Positions 24,501 through 37,068 of a stretch of DNA of 64,000 nucleotides are shown here, one piece after another (position 1 is the first letter of the stretch; each line of letters starts with the position of its first letter). A program made the translations under genes and the position numbers. Location: assembly GCA_965285935.1 (NCBI GenBank), contig OZ260662.1:24738001-24802000 (forward strand), written 5' to 3'. The DNA comes from Ophelia neglecta (lineage: Eukaryota). Under the pieces are notes generated by a model. The model was not told the DNA's origin, made no database searches, and saw nothing but the letters and a program-made list of their open reading frames with translations.

Positions 24501-27500
24501 CATCTCGGAAGGCAGTTCCACGTGCGAGATCGAACGGCTATATTCATGGCCTCATGTCAGTCATAGTATGAGGCTGTCCTGGTAATTGTAATCACTTAAA
24601 GAGAAAACAACCGTGCGTTGAATGGATATTAGTGAATCCTACATCATAATGCCGTCTCAGTTTTATTTACAAAATCCTTTGTTACCACCAAGACGAAAAA
24701 TAACTGTAGGCTGCTGGTACTTTTATGTTATTGGCATCATAACTACGCCAATGGTACATTACATATTTTGAAGGTATTTTTTTGAAAAAGTCCACTCATG
24801 TGCTTTGCAAGTTATTATCAAAAAATTGGATTTAATTCTATTTATATTTAGGAGCTGATAAATGAAATGTTTCTCGGTATGTAGACACTTAAGTGATTCA
24901 AGGTAAAGTTTTTATATGATACTCTCTTTGTAAAATACTAGTTTAAATACTGGTAGGTGCATATTTTTACGTTCATTTGATTGTTTCAAATACATACAAT
25001 TTTTGTATAGCTATTTCTTTTTTTCATGAATTTAAATATTTCGTGTTTGATTTCTGTAAATACCAAAAATCTTGCAGCTTTGGGTGTTTCTGGGTATTTG
25101 TGAATGTAAACAGAAACCTTATCTCAGTCACATCAAGAACAGATTGGACAAAACGCAATATATTCAGGCAAATGATCTCAAACTCTTTCGACTCGTAGAA
25201 AATCATTATTATCCACGGCCAAGTTATAAAAGTCTATATAATATACAAGTAATTGTCGCGGTGGAAATGCATTATGATATACAGGTGACATACTGCATAA
25301 ATGCAAAGTAAACATGGCAGATACCAGACACAGATAAGCGCTATTTAAATGTAGCGTTATGGATTAAGTTTTGGGTAGGAATTAGGGTGAACGATGTTAT
25401 TGTCAGTGTTAAAAGCTACCATTAGCTGTTTAACTTTATAAAACAACCAATTGACCCTAGGAAAGACCGCAGGGTTCATATGGCTGAAGCTTAAAGTTAA
25501 TTACACATTAAGAGTCAAATTAAATAAATTGGTTTTCAGGGTAGTCTTCTAACGTGTGTGAGAGATGTGATTCGACGAAGCAAAACAAGAGGTCCATTAT
25601 ACACGTTATAATTAGGCCCCAATAGTAAGAGTGCCATATTTATGCTTAAACAGTCAGGAAACGACATCAATTATTTCTCCTTTACCATTAGAAAATGCTT
25701 CCGTTATTCGTCCAACATGTTACATCGCTTTGCAAGTAGCAAGTTCTCTCGGCTCACTCAGAATCAGTGTTGGTGCGATGGACGATTTTGAAATAACAGG
25801 CAAATATCAACACGTTTACAATTTAGAATTGAAGCCCGTTCCTGTCGTGTGTGCTGAAAAAATAGCACTTGGTATATATACCTTTTCCAAATTAAATATT
25901 TCCAATATGCGCCATTTGTTAATACGCATTGGTTTTTATATATACTGAAAAAATTAAGCAAAGTCCATTCATGACTTTCAAGGTGGTCGCGAAACAATTT
26001 TAAGAACAACCATCGATAAATATAGGTAACATGTTCTTCCCGAAAAATTGCAAACTTAAGGTCGGACATCCATCAAATGATACTTAATATGTGCATACAA
26101 AAAGTACGAATGTAACGGTCGGAGGTACTATTCCTACACACGACTTTGTATTTGTCTGTAGTTGAATGGTAATCGCACTTTATTGCAAGTGGAATATACA
26201 TAGTCAGGCGACTGGCTTGTTAGGGCAGGGTATTAATTAATAATCTACATGACTCAAAACTGGTGCACCTATTCTTAGTAGAGCCTTAAGTGTTTGGCTC
26301 TAAAAAGAAGAAACTAATCATTGTGCACCCAATCTGTCCGAAAGCTAATATAACAGATCATATTTAAAAAACGGTATAGATCATATCATGAAGAAGACAC
26401 GGTTAATGGTTGTCCTCGTTTTTCTTGCCAATATCAGGTCAATGCAAATTGCTATAAATCTGAAATTAACCCAGTTCCGAAGGTATTACCATTCCTAAAA
26501 CCCGGAAAAGCCGTACGAATGCATCATCAATTTCTGATGAATAAAAGAGATCTTTGATGTGTATGAATTGGCATACGAATATATATGCAGAACAGATTAA
26601 AGCGACCCTTGTCAAACCAAACGCCAGTGTTGTTGACTGAAATTCCCTTGTAGTTTTGCTTATTGGTGCTTAATCTATCCAAATATCGATAATTGTGGTG
26701 GGTCAGATAGCCGGTATTTTTTGCCTAAACATACCATGCAAATAATAATACTGTTTAAACCCCACCCCTGAAATGATGTATCATACTCTTATTTGCCTTT
26801 TCGCTTGCATGCGACTTTACGGTCAGGCATACCTGTCATATTCGTTGGGCAGTCCCATTTGACGTCACAGTAATACTCTATTTCATCAATACAACACGCT
26901 AGCCAATTTTGAGAAGGCGGGCTTTGTCCAAAGCAAAGACAACGTGTAAAGATGTATGGTATATATTTATATCCAGGACAAATTGCCTTTCTCTTTTATT
27001 CTCAGTATTATATACTGTCAGTCCTTACAGACCAATTGTATTTGATGGTGATTTCGAGGTATTTGTCTCTATACACACTTCCTCGGGTACCTTATTAATA
27101 TACATAAACCTACACTACGGCAGTTAGGGCGCACAAAAATAAACCAATGGGAACAAATCCTTTTATGGAGACAATAAAACATCACACAAAATAAGGATCC
27201 CAACTTGGGTCAACAGACGCGTGCGGGGCTTTGCTCTGATTGTTTACAAAAGCAGAGAGCTTGCCTTCCCTCAATATATTCAGTATCCAGGAGAATTTTG
27301 CCGCACTATGTTCAAATCCCTCTAGGCAGTTTTATTTTCAATAAACCTCGTTTGTTTTGTGATCTTACCCACATAATGGAAAACTGTTTACTACTTCTTA
27401 TTGCAAGTGATATCAATTTTTTTGTTTTCGAACTCTATTTTGTTACGTGTTTATTTACTCTATTGGTACTGCAAATTAAGTTATTGATGTGTTGGGTGCT

Positions 27501-28118
27501 ACAGCTGCTGCTTCCTGATCATTTCGGAATGATTTAACGCACCGTTTTTGATCAATGGTTTGTACAAGACAGGCTTTGGAAAATTTATTTTATTCTTGTG
27601 AGGCATCATTTATCATGATAGTTCACATGAATGACTAATTGAGATTGTGATTCAAAAAGCATTCACGCAAATATCTAAATATGACGGAATCGCAAAAATG
27701 TACTGCGTCTAAACTCTGCTACTGCTGATTCAGTCACATTCTCATCTGCAAGATCTTCTCGCTTAATGATTGTTAGTCCGTGAAGGATGTAGTATAAAAT
27801 TAGTAAGTAAGGTGATAACTTTGTATAAATACAACACCCGCCTTTTAATAATTTTGGTTTCAAGAAAACATCTATAAGCATTAACGATACTTTATAATAA
27901 ATCGATGTCGTTCCTTTGGCCTTTTCGATTTAATTTACTTCTTGCCCATTCGTCAACAATCTCATGGCAACACATTACACATTTTAAGTGATAACTCTGA
28001 TCATCATCGGGATAAGTGTCCTGAGTGCTTGCTGCAGACTAACTCTGCCATAAAGACGATAATATAGACGATGTAGTCTCGATAAACACTTCATTTATAT
28101 ACAAGAGGGGGAAGTGGA

Positions 28119-28516
28119 TACCTGGCCGACTATCAAAAGCATGTATCTGTCGCAAGTTTATTGAAATTGAACTCGTAAATCCGCAATATACGATGTAATG
28201 TCATTATGAGCTGCTGCATATGACCCCTAACCCTTGGAAGAGTGGAATAGCTCTCTCAAGGGCATATCAACAGGAGCTATTTAAATATGTATGTGATAAA
28301 ACAATGGTAAATATCCAGCTAACAAGAGTCTTAAAAGGGTCAACGATTTAACAGTGGCTCCCCTTTAGCCCGAGTCAAGTATTAAAGGGTCATTTTTTCG
28401 AATCTTGTAAATTGATTTCTGCTAGTTTTTCCAAGCATTTATAACGGAAGTTAAACTTCCTGGTGTAAATTGAACTTTTAAATATCGATATAATGTTTTA
28501 CTTTGCCGGCCGGGCA
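28119..28516 (-). mobile_element. Candidate full-length MITE related to repeat family A
   Basis: Imperfect inverted ends TACCTGGCCG (28119) / CGGCCGGGCA (to 28516). The right end is the reverse complement of the family start CCCGGC.G.CAAAG. Internal CTCTCTCAAGGGCATAT resembles the reverse complement of ATATGCCCTTGGAG at about 42325 and 47022. Confidence 0.45.
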
Positions 28517-31500
28517 TTAATACCCGTTTTATTGTTTTATTATTTCAGAACAATCGTTTATTCTCTCTTTAAGTCAAATGGACATAATTATCAACTTGAT
28601 GTCCAGGTTGATTGTTGAAAAACGTATTCATGTATTACATAATGCTTATTACCCACATTTTAAAAACATTTGGCTGCATAACTCCATTGTTGTAGCCGTG
28701 CATTATATCCAGGAATGAACAAACTTTGTTTAAATCAGTAGCAGTCGGCGGCATCGTCCTTTCTCTCACCTAAAGACTTGCCCCTACGGGGCTTGTGGTT
28801 TGCGTCTACAAAAGGATAACTAATGCGGCAGTTTCCCAATGTGAACGGCTGAACCCATAGTTCATGTGAATTCCTGTTGTGAAGCCCTAGTTCCGATAAA
28901 TTCCGGGTAAACCAGCTGTGTGTGTGTTCAATAGATGTTGTTGTAAGAGCTTCACGCTTCATACGTGGGCTTGAACTATTTACCGTGTCACGAGACACCA
29001 CGACCAATCAGTGCTCATTCAGACATCGTCTTATACGACTGACGATAAACAGTGGGGAATACCCATTCCTACAGCAACCTTCTAGGCTACACAAAATTGC
29101 TGTAATTATTAATCGTTGTTTTGTGGCTTGAGACGTATCACGGAACACTTTTGGCCATTTAACTTGCAACTAATATCATACTATATTTATTTTACCTGGT
29201 AACAAAAGTTAAGTTCTCTATATGTAAGTAGTCTGTAAAGTTCGTTGTTATTTTGGGAATGAATATAGAGCTAGTGATAGATTTGCAATGACTGCTGCTA
29301 ATTTTTTCTAAATACTGTCGCCTGATTGCTGACGCGTTTGATTCATCATTCATTCTAGATTTTAGATTTGATAGAAATACCATAATTGTTATAAAACTGT
29401 TAACAAGATTAGCGGCTGGAAAGTACTGTACGTATCAAACGGTCGCTTCCGGGCTATGATGGCAACATATACTTCGTTATCCCTTTGCCTATAATTGATG
29501 ATTCACATTATTTTAATGCCAACAAATCATTAAAAACCACATGACTTGCACGACCAAAAAACGTTGTGTCCTTCACGTCATGATTATTCATTGCACAATG
29601 ACATTTTCGTTGTATTTTCTCTTTAAATCCGAGGCCCATTGTTTGTTTATCGGGTACCAGCATGCCATTTATTACTCAGAAGCACGAGAGTATATTTGGT
29701 AATTTAGGCTTACTCGACTGGAACTGAAGGGCATGTACAGTTCATTAGAGCAATGTATTAAGTCCCCAGATCCTCTCAGCCGCATTCGAGATGTATGGAT
29801 CCGCTATAGGAGATCTGTAGGATGACCAGTTTGTAGTTCATTACACTATTAAGATGATTAAACTTTTGGATTGTCACAACATGGATAGTGAGATAGTTAT
29901 TATTCCCACAAATTTGCGTTATAAGACTAATACCTTCTGCAAAACCGGGTTCATAAGTTGCTTAACTTCTTTTATGAGTTAAAAGGTTGTCCAAGGAATC
30001 TTATGCCTGTGCACTGTTGATTCTCTTCGTATTTGTATCTTTTTCTCCTGACATTCAAATTATTTTGATGTTAATGCGAATTGATGTTTCGGAAAAGTTC
30101 CTTGTGGAAGGCCACATGCATTATAACCTGGGTACTCATTTCACGGTCATAAATACATCTCACACAAACTCAAGTAGCAAGCCAAGGACACAATAAATCT
30201 GTTCTTGAGTTGCACATAGCACGCAGGCATCGACTTGCACGTTTTTGCAGATATTATTGCGAAAAGTCATAGTTATATATGAGATTATACATGATCATGC
30301 ATATTCATTAACGCCTCGATGTGAATAAGAGCTCATTGATCTACTATATTTGATCGCAAATAGTTTACAACCATCCAGTTTGAAGAATTGATCTTACTAG
30401 AAACAATACAGTAGTCTCGTTGGCAAAGAAAGGCATCACTCCAGGCACCGCTGTCTGTTGCGTCCTCGCATCCGCTTCAATGAGACTTTGTGACGAGTAT
30501 CGCACCTAGTGGCAGGCGTGTACACGGCAGTTGACTAGTTGTGTTCTGGAAAAGAGCATTTAGCGGCAACCAGTACACTATAGTCATCTATGTTTATTTC
30601 TCAGGTCATGGCGTAAACAAGTTGCGGCTTTCGGATTTGCTTAGATGTTACAAATGACGTTTGCACATCTAAATTGTTGAAATTCTGAACAAGGAGCAAT
30701 AAAACAACTGTGTTAGTGAAATAGGAAAGTCTTGCAGTGGTTCTTATGAAGGAAAGAGAGGAATTAAATTATAAATGAATATGATTGGTGAAATAGGGAA
30801 GATCACACGGTCGGAATGTGTTCATTATGTTAAAGAAAGGGACTCCGTCATTTGTCAATAACTGAAACAGAAAGGTAAGCGTCATTCAAATAATGTTTTT
30901 CAAAACTATGCTCTGTTACATGGGGAAGTGGGGTGGGGTGACCAGTTATTAATCTAACGGGCGTCCCACCCATATAACATTCGCCCAATGTATTGATTTT
31001 TAATCGGAGAGATGTTAATACGCTTTGTCGAGTAATAAGTCTGTATATACTGATTGTGACCTTAGGTGTTACCAAAAAGGTAATGAGGTGAATCTGTATT
31101 TTCAATGTGCATTTAATTTAAACGGGAAAATCACTTTGTCATTTCTTTTCAATAGACTATAGGATAAATACGTTTTGTTTCCATCAAATTTGTACAATGC
31201 TAATAAAAAAGTAACTGCACATTGGGGACAAGTTACCGGGATATGTGTTGTTGTAATAAAACACATTAAATATGGCTTTCTACAAATTCATGGCATGCAG
31301 ATAGCGTGTTCATTTCATTCCATTTTCCTACATGTTATTTTCTTTTTCAATTGAATTGAATTTATAGATTGCACCTTACTTACATTCTTATGATTAAGGT
31401 AAATCTGAACAATCGTTCATGAAAAAAGATCAAAGAACGTTTGACTTGATTCATAGAGCAAAAAGGGTTGGCAATTATTTGGTGTTTTTTTACAATGCAA

Positions 31501-32491
31501 TGTACGTGAAGTCGTCCTTTAAGCTTGGCATTCGCAATTACACCAAATTTTATTTTCTTAGTATGGGCAACTATTTAGTACAACATATTTTATAAGTATT
31601 TTGAGCCCCCCCCCCCCCACCTAAAATGGATATTAAACTATTTTATGAGCCAAAATAAGGGGCGTTCAGAAAATATGCGGTTTATTCAATTGCGTACATT
31701 CTCTCTAAAAGTGCCTGAGCGGTAAGGGAAAATAATATTAAGTATGTTGTCACGAGGTTCAATGTTGCACTTTTCATATAGAGTGAGATAATGAATGTGC
31801 GATCTTGGCTGTTTTTGATTCTCCGTATGATGTGCACATTAGTACAACTGATCTACATCGCCAAGTTTATTATGATTCTGTCCACTATACTGAAGAATTC
31901 TCAGACATCCATAACATCATCTTTCAATAAGGAACCTTCCTGTTTGGATTATGCATGGAATACAGGCAAGAATTTATGATGATTAAATCATGAACGGCAG
32001 TTTGAACCCGGCATGGACTATCATATATCATTGTTCACGACTGTTCTGGTTCCCGTCATGATTAAAAGTTTATCACATTAGCATTGATATTTGTCGCATT
32101 ACTTCTCTATGGCTTAGTATCGCGTCGAGGTAATTATGGCGCTGCTCAGACAGTTTTTATAGTATAAATGGGCTTATTATTAGGGGCTGGATGACAGAAA
32201 CACAGTTAATCCATTGAGTTGTGATTGCAATGTTAAATAATGTCTGTATACTGGCACAAAAAAAACGCATAAAACATCGTCCCTTACAAGGCTTAGCTAT
32301 TTTTTTAATCTATATTAGAAGCAAAGTGATTCAGCCCTTTGATTATCGTATTTATGCTGTGCCAAATATACGCCGATTCGGCATAACACAATAGAAAAAC
32401 ACAACCCCAAATACTCAACAGTTCTGATGATGTCAGAATGGGGCTAGACCAACTTTTTAGTTCAGAAAATATGTTGACACTCTGAACATTT

Positions 32492-32715
32492 GGGCTTGTG
32501 TTAACGGCGACAGCGAAAGTTTCGGCGAAATACGCAAGGCCCCTTAAAAAGAGCTAATGTGAACGCAATAATAACCCTACCCTTACCTATTTATATCAGA
32601 ACAAATTGAAATGTCTTGGTTACGGTTGGGTTATAAAATAACTGATATTTTGGATTATTGTGTCTCTAATGCTGCTTTCGCAACAGTTTTCGCTTTCGCC
32701 GTTAATACAAAGCCC
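32492..32715. mobile_element. 224-bp MITE with about 40-bp TIRs and a 7-bp target-site duplication
   Basis: GGGCTTGTGTTAACGGCGACAGCGAAA ... TTTCGCTTTCGCCGTTAATACAAAGCCC, flanked on both sides by AACATTT (32485-32491 and 32716-32722). Confidence 0.85.
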
Positions 32716-33164
32716 AACATTTGCCCTCGTAAAAGATGCACTCCTCATCCTTCTCCGCATTCCCTGTCACACAGGTCCGGAGTAAAAGCAATAGAAGTCC
32801 ACTGCTTGGAAGACCCCAAAGCTAATCTATTTTTCACGGGTCTGGTCTTTATTACGACAACATAAAGATCCCTTTAAGAAAAATGCACAATATTAATTTA
32901 CAGTCTGTTGATATCGTGAAATGCCACTGAATATGCTTTTTGCAAATTGAAAGTTGCTGCTATTTGTGTTTAATACCAGTTAATGCGGTTTAAAGGTAAT
33001 TTATGTTGCTCAACACCGGGGAAGAAATGCATTTTATTTGAACATATACCATTGAATCTTGAATACTACCTAGTAGACCCGGATGCCAACGAATGCATAG
33101 AACGAAACGTGGCTCCTCTGATTCTATTCATGGCTAAGGTCACATCATAAAGGTATCGACTAGG

Positions 33165-33232
33165 CGCGGTGATACGACCGCACCAAGCGCTTAGTAACGC
33201 GGTAACACGACCGCACCAAGCACTTAGTAACG
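33165..33232. repeat. 33-bp tandem duplication, each unit with a GC-rich hairpin
   Basis: CGCGGTGATACGACCGCACCAAGCGCTTAGTAA / CGCGGTAACACGACCGCACCAAGCACTTAGTAA; stem GCGGT-N6-ACCGC. Confidence 0.85.
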
Positions 33233-35229
33233 TTTGTTGTCTAGGGTAAGCTGTTGAGGCGCCATGAACATAAAATTAATTGTTTTTTAATCTTCTTCTC
33301 AACAAAACTATAGACTGAGGTGTATGCAGTAGGCATCTCGCACCAGACGTTGCGCAAAACACCCTTACAAGAACTTTATTTTTTCATGGCTACATGTTTA
33401 TAAAACAAGTAGCATAACACATGCTTTGAGGAGTTGAGTTATTGATTCCATCGCAATTAAGCAGGGGTAGTATAAAATCAAATGTCTCTCTTTTTGAGTG
33501 TTCGTGTTTAGGTTCAAGTTGCATTTGTTGTAACATTGAAGCAGCAATGAACTGCCATGGGGTGAATTAATCTATGGATATTCCTTTAATACTTAGGCTA
33601 GATATAATTGTTTACTTAAGTCACACATACATGTCAACACATATTACAAATGAACAATAAAATCGTGACTGGTTCACTTAACAAGGCTGACAAGATAATA
33701 TACCGAATTGCTCTACAGACTGCGAGCACCTTTGACATCATTTAATAACTCTACAATTTATAACATGATGCATAATGCGGTAATCAAATTTGCCTTATGT
33801 GTAAAACGAAGATTAAATAAAGATTTTTCAGTGCTGCCTTGAGGGAGCCTACAAAACACAAACCTACTTGTACACTAACACTAACTTGTACAATATTACT
33901 AAATGATAATACGATTTCTTAAAACGATGTTGGTAAATGAAGCCGCAATAGGTTTTCAAGACCAGTTAGTACAAAAACCGTGCAATTTACATGTCACAAA
34001 CTACATTCAAATATCTAAGTAGCTGCAACAGAAATCTAATTTCGTTCATCAAACTGGGCTGCCCCAAATTATTTGGCACACTTAACCTATGCATTAAGTT
34101 GATTTACAAAGTTGTGTAAATAACACCCGGATTTAAACTATGCGGCTGACAGACTTGAATTAATTGAACGATTCTTTCTTTTTTTCCCGGCGTGAAAGAC
34201 TGCAAACAAGAAGTAATTTGACCATATTTCATATGAAGAAAGACCCCATACACGTGGTTTTAACATTTAAATATTTGGCTAAATTCCCAAGCATAAAAAG
34301 TAGTCCCCCTTGTTAGTTTCATTTGGGAAAAGGCTTTATTTGGTAAGGTGGAAAGCTGTCTGATCAAATTTCGCGTTATCCTATCAATTTATTGAAATGT
34401 TGTTAAATCCTTCATTTTATCTTAGCAGTGAATCCCTTGTCGTCGTTTCGGATGCAAAAGCTGCTCTTCGATCAATCAAATTTCAAGTGCCTTGGGCGAT
34501 GCAACATGAGACGATAAAGAAGTACTCGGATAACTGGGATAAAGAATAAGTCAGTTTTTTGCACTGGGGAGGGGGGGGGGGGGGTACTTCGAGCTAATTA
34601 ATTATCGTGTCAACATTGGTGCATGTCAAGCATTAGCGCACTCTTCGCAGCTGCATGTCCAGCATGAACGCATTCAACACAGGGAGATACAGAAACACAT
34701 GGAAGTATGACTAACGCTCTTTCAACTATTGTTAATCAAGGAGGGCTCAGTTAATAGGGTGCTCATCTCCTGTGTTATATTTCTTTAATTAGAAATTTTG
34801 ATTTATTGTTTACAGTGTGAAAACTAAAAAATAATAATATTAATAAAATATATGTGCTTTTAGAAGCAATTTTACTTTTATGGGTCCATGTGGCGTCCAT
34901 GTTCTACCATCGTTCGAAGGGCCCGTTGCTTAAAAGGAATGGTGTAAGTCTGCGCACTTGGAAACATGCAGCCTTTTTGTAAATTGTATGTTTATCAGGT
35001 CGCCGTTAATTCTTTCACTGACAATAATTTCGTCGACTTACCTTCTTACTGACAATGTGGTCTTTTTAAGACAATTTATTACTTAGCTTTTTATGAAGCT
35101 TTAGAGAGTAGCAGACGATTACAGTTCCAAGGCAGTTGTCAGAATATACAATATGTAGCTAAACACTTTATCTAAAGAATGTCCAAATTGTAATATCGAT
35201 ACACATAAGTATAAAATTTAATGCGATGT

Positions 35230-35510
35230 TGGCAAAAGCTAAAGATAATCATTAGAGGGTTCAGTCAGTGGACCAAAATCATCCGGAACCAGCTACCACA
35301 GACCTACAAGCATCAATCCCCAGGTTCGAAACGGTAAATTAAATTTAAATGCAAATAAAAATAACAATATAAAATTGATGTAACGTGCAATGAGATGTAA
35401 TCTGAATTTCTTTCGAGTTAGAGCACATAACAAATGAGTCAGTTGCTAACCTAGGAAAGACATAAAATATGCCCCGGAAAAGGCTTTGGAGAGCTAAGCC
35501 CTCTCTCTCA
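35230..35510 (+). mobile_element. Copy of dispersed repeat family A
   Basis: CCAAAATCATCCGGAACCAGCTACCACAGACCTAC...ACAAATGAGTCAGTTGCTAACCTAGGAAAGA...AATATGCCCC, collinear with the 18728 and 46763 copies. Confidence 0.7.
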
Positions 35511-36180
35511 TAACTTGAGGGACTGGAGATGAAATTGTCTCAATAAACTCAATGACAAAAAGGGGAATAAAAGGTCCATGCATACGGAAGAGGAAAAGAG
35601 ATTAACTCTCTTCGAAAGTGCAATTAAATGATAACTATGTTATCCATGTAAAATTGTCAAGCCATCGTTCATTAGTTTCATTAAAACATAGAGCATGCAT
35701 GCTTTAATCATACACTAGAAAAACTACATTTCTTTTATACCACAATAATTCAGTTGTATTTATGGTACAACATTGCGAAGAAAAATAAAAAAGGTGAACA
35801 AAATATTAATTCCTGAAGTACAGAACCGAATGATTTGTTATGCGTTGGTGAAACCATTTGAGGGTTTACATGCGTGCATTTCTAAAGCATATTCACATCG
35901 ATGACATTTGTCGGTTATAAAGGAACACACAAAGGCTAACTGAATATTCCTCGTCGATGACCACTTGGACACGGCAGATAGACGATTAAAAGATTGCCGG
36001 AAAATTTTTAGACGGAAAAATATGTTGGCAGTTCTTCCTGACTTGTTTAAGCGTTCAAGTTCTGAATATCAATGTGCCCTTCCATGTCCTTCAATGCCAG
36101 TAAGCAAATGGATTGACTAGAATTGCAATGTCACTTATTTATTTACATCATCATCTGTTACACATGTCGAGCAAAGCAGG

Positions 36181-36429
36181 TATATTATCTAAGTGGAGGT
36201 AATTATATACATACATGAACGCAGTGAAGGCTTGCGATGAATATAATACAGGGTTAGGTAAGTATAACACGCGTCTCTTGAAGAAGCACCATCTGATAAA
36301 GAATATATTATCTAAGTGGAGGTAATTATATACATACATGAACGCAGTGAAGGCTTGCGATGAATATAATACAGGGTTAGGTAAGTATAACACGCGTCTC
36401 TTGAAGAAGCACCATCTGATAAAGAATAT
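36181..36429. repeat. Perfect 123-bp tandem duplication
   Basis: 36181-36303 is identical to 36304-36426, with TAT junction microhomology. Confidence 0.95.
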
Positions 36430-37015
36430 CATCAGCTTATGGCAAGGGCACAACCAATCGATGACTCTCCTCAGCCTTATGCTTCCATTTACTACGAGGT
36501 TTCCATTGCTGTACCACATACACACTAAAAAATAGAAAAGTTTGTTCGTGACAACAGCTCTACAGCTAGGGAAGATGTGCACCTGCTTCATACTGATATA
36601 TCTCTGTATGGTACAGATGCACTTGCAATAAGCGTGTAGCATATTTTTATTGCATTGTTGAAAATTTTGCTTATTTCGTTTACTGCAAGACGAGTTTGTT
36701 CTTTTGGGTTTAGAAGAAAATTTGTGTGGATAAACTCAAGGACAAGGATGTTAAAGGACATAGCATACTTACGAGAAATGGATATTGCTTCTCAATAGTG
36801 AACTAAAGTGTTGACTTCAAAAAGGGAAGTAGCCACGCTTTTATTGTACGCTTTTTGCATACTTGCAATTCGTTTTTGGAAATTGTAAATTCATGATCGG
36901 GGTACCATGGTAATGAACCATAGCATGCTATAGGCCATGACGAATTCAGTGAATTGCAACCACTATATATGCTCTGTTTTCAGTTTTGGGGATCATATTG
37001 TGACCAAAAGGGATA

Positions 37016-37068
37016 TGTGTGTGTGTGTGTGTGGGTGTGTGTGTGTGTGGGTGGGAGGGGGGGGGGGG
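37016..37068. repeat. (GT)n microsatellite followed by a G12 run
   Basis: Seen directly in the sequence. Confidence 0.95.

Noticed and set aside
36181-36260. Link-domain or C-type-lectin exon (VYYLSGGNY...AVKACDEY)
   Set aside because: It needs a frameshift, has a poor acceptor, and fits the surrounding Sushi pattern at least as well.
36151-36642. Longest ORF (163 aa, minus strand)
   Set aside because: Its length comes from the in-frame 123-bp duplication and it has no recognisable domain.
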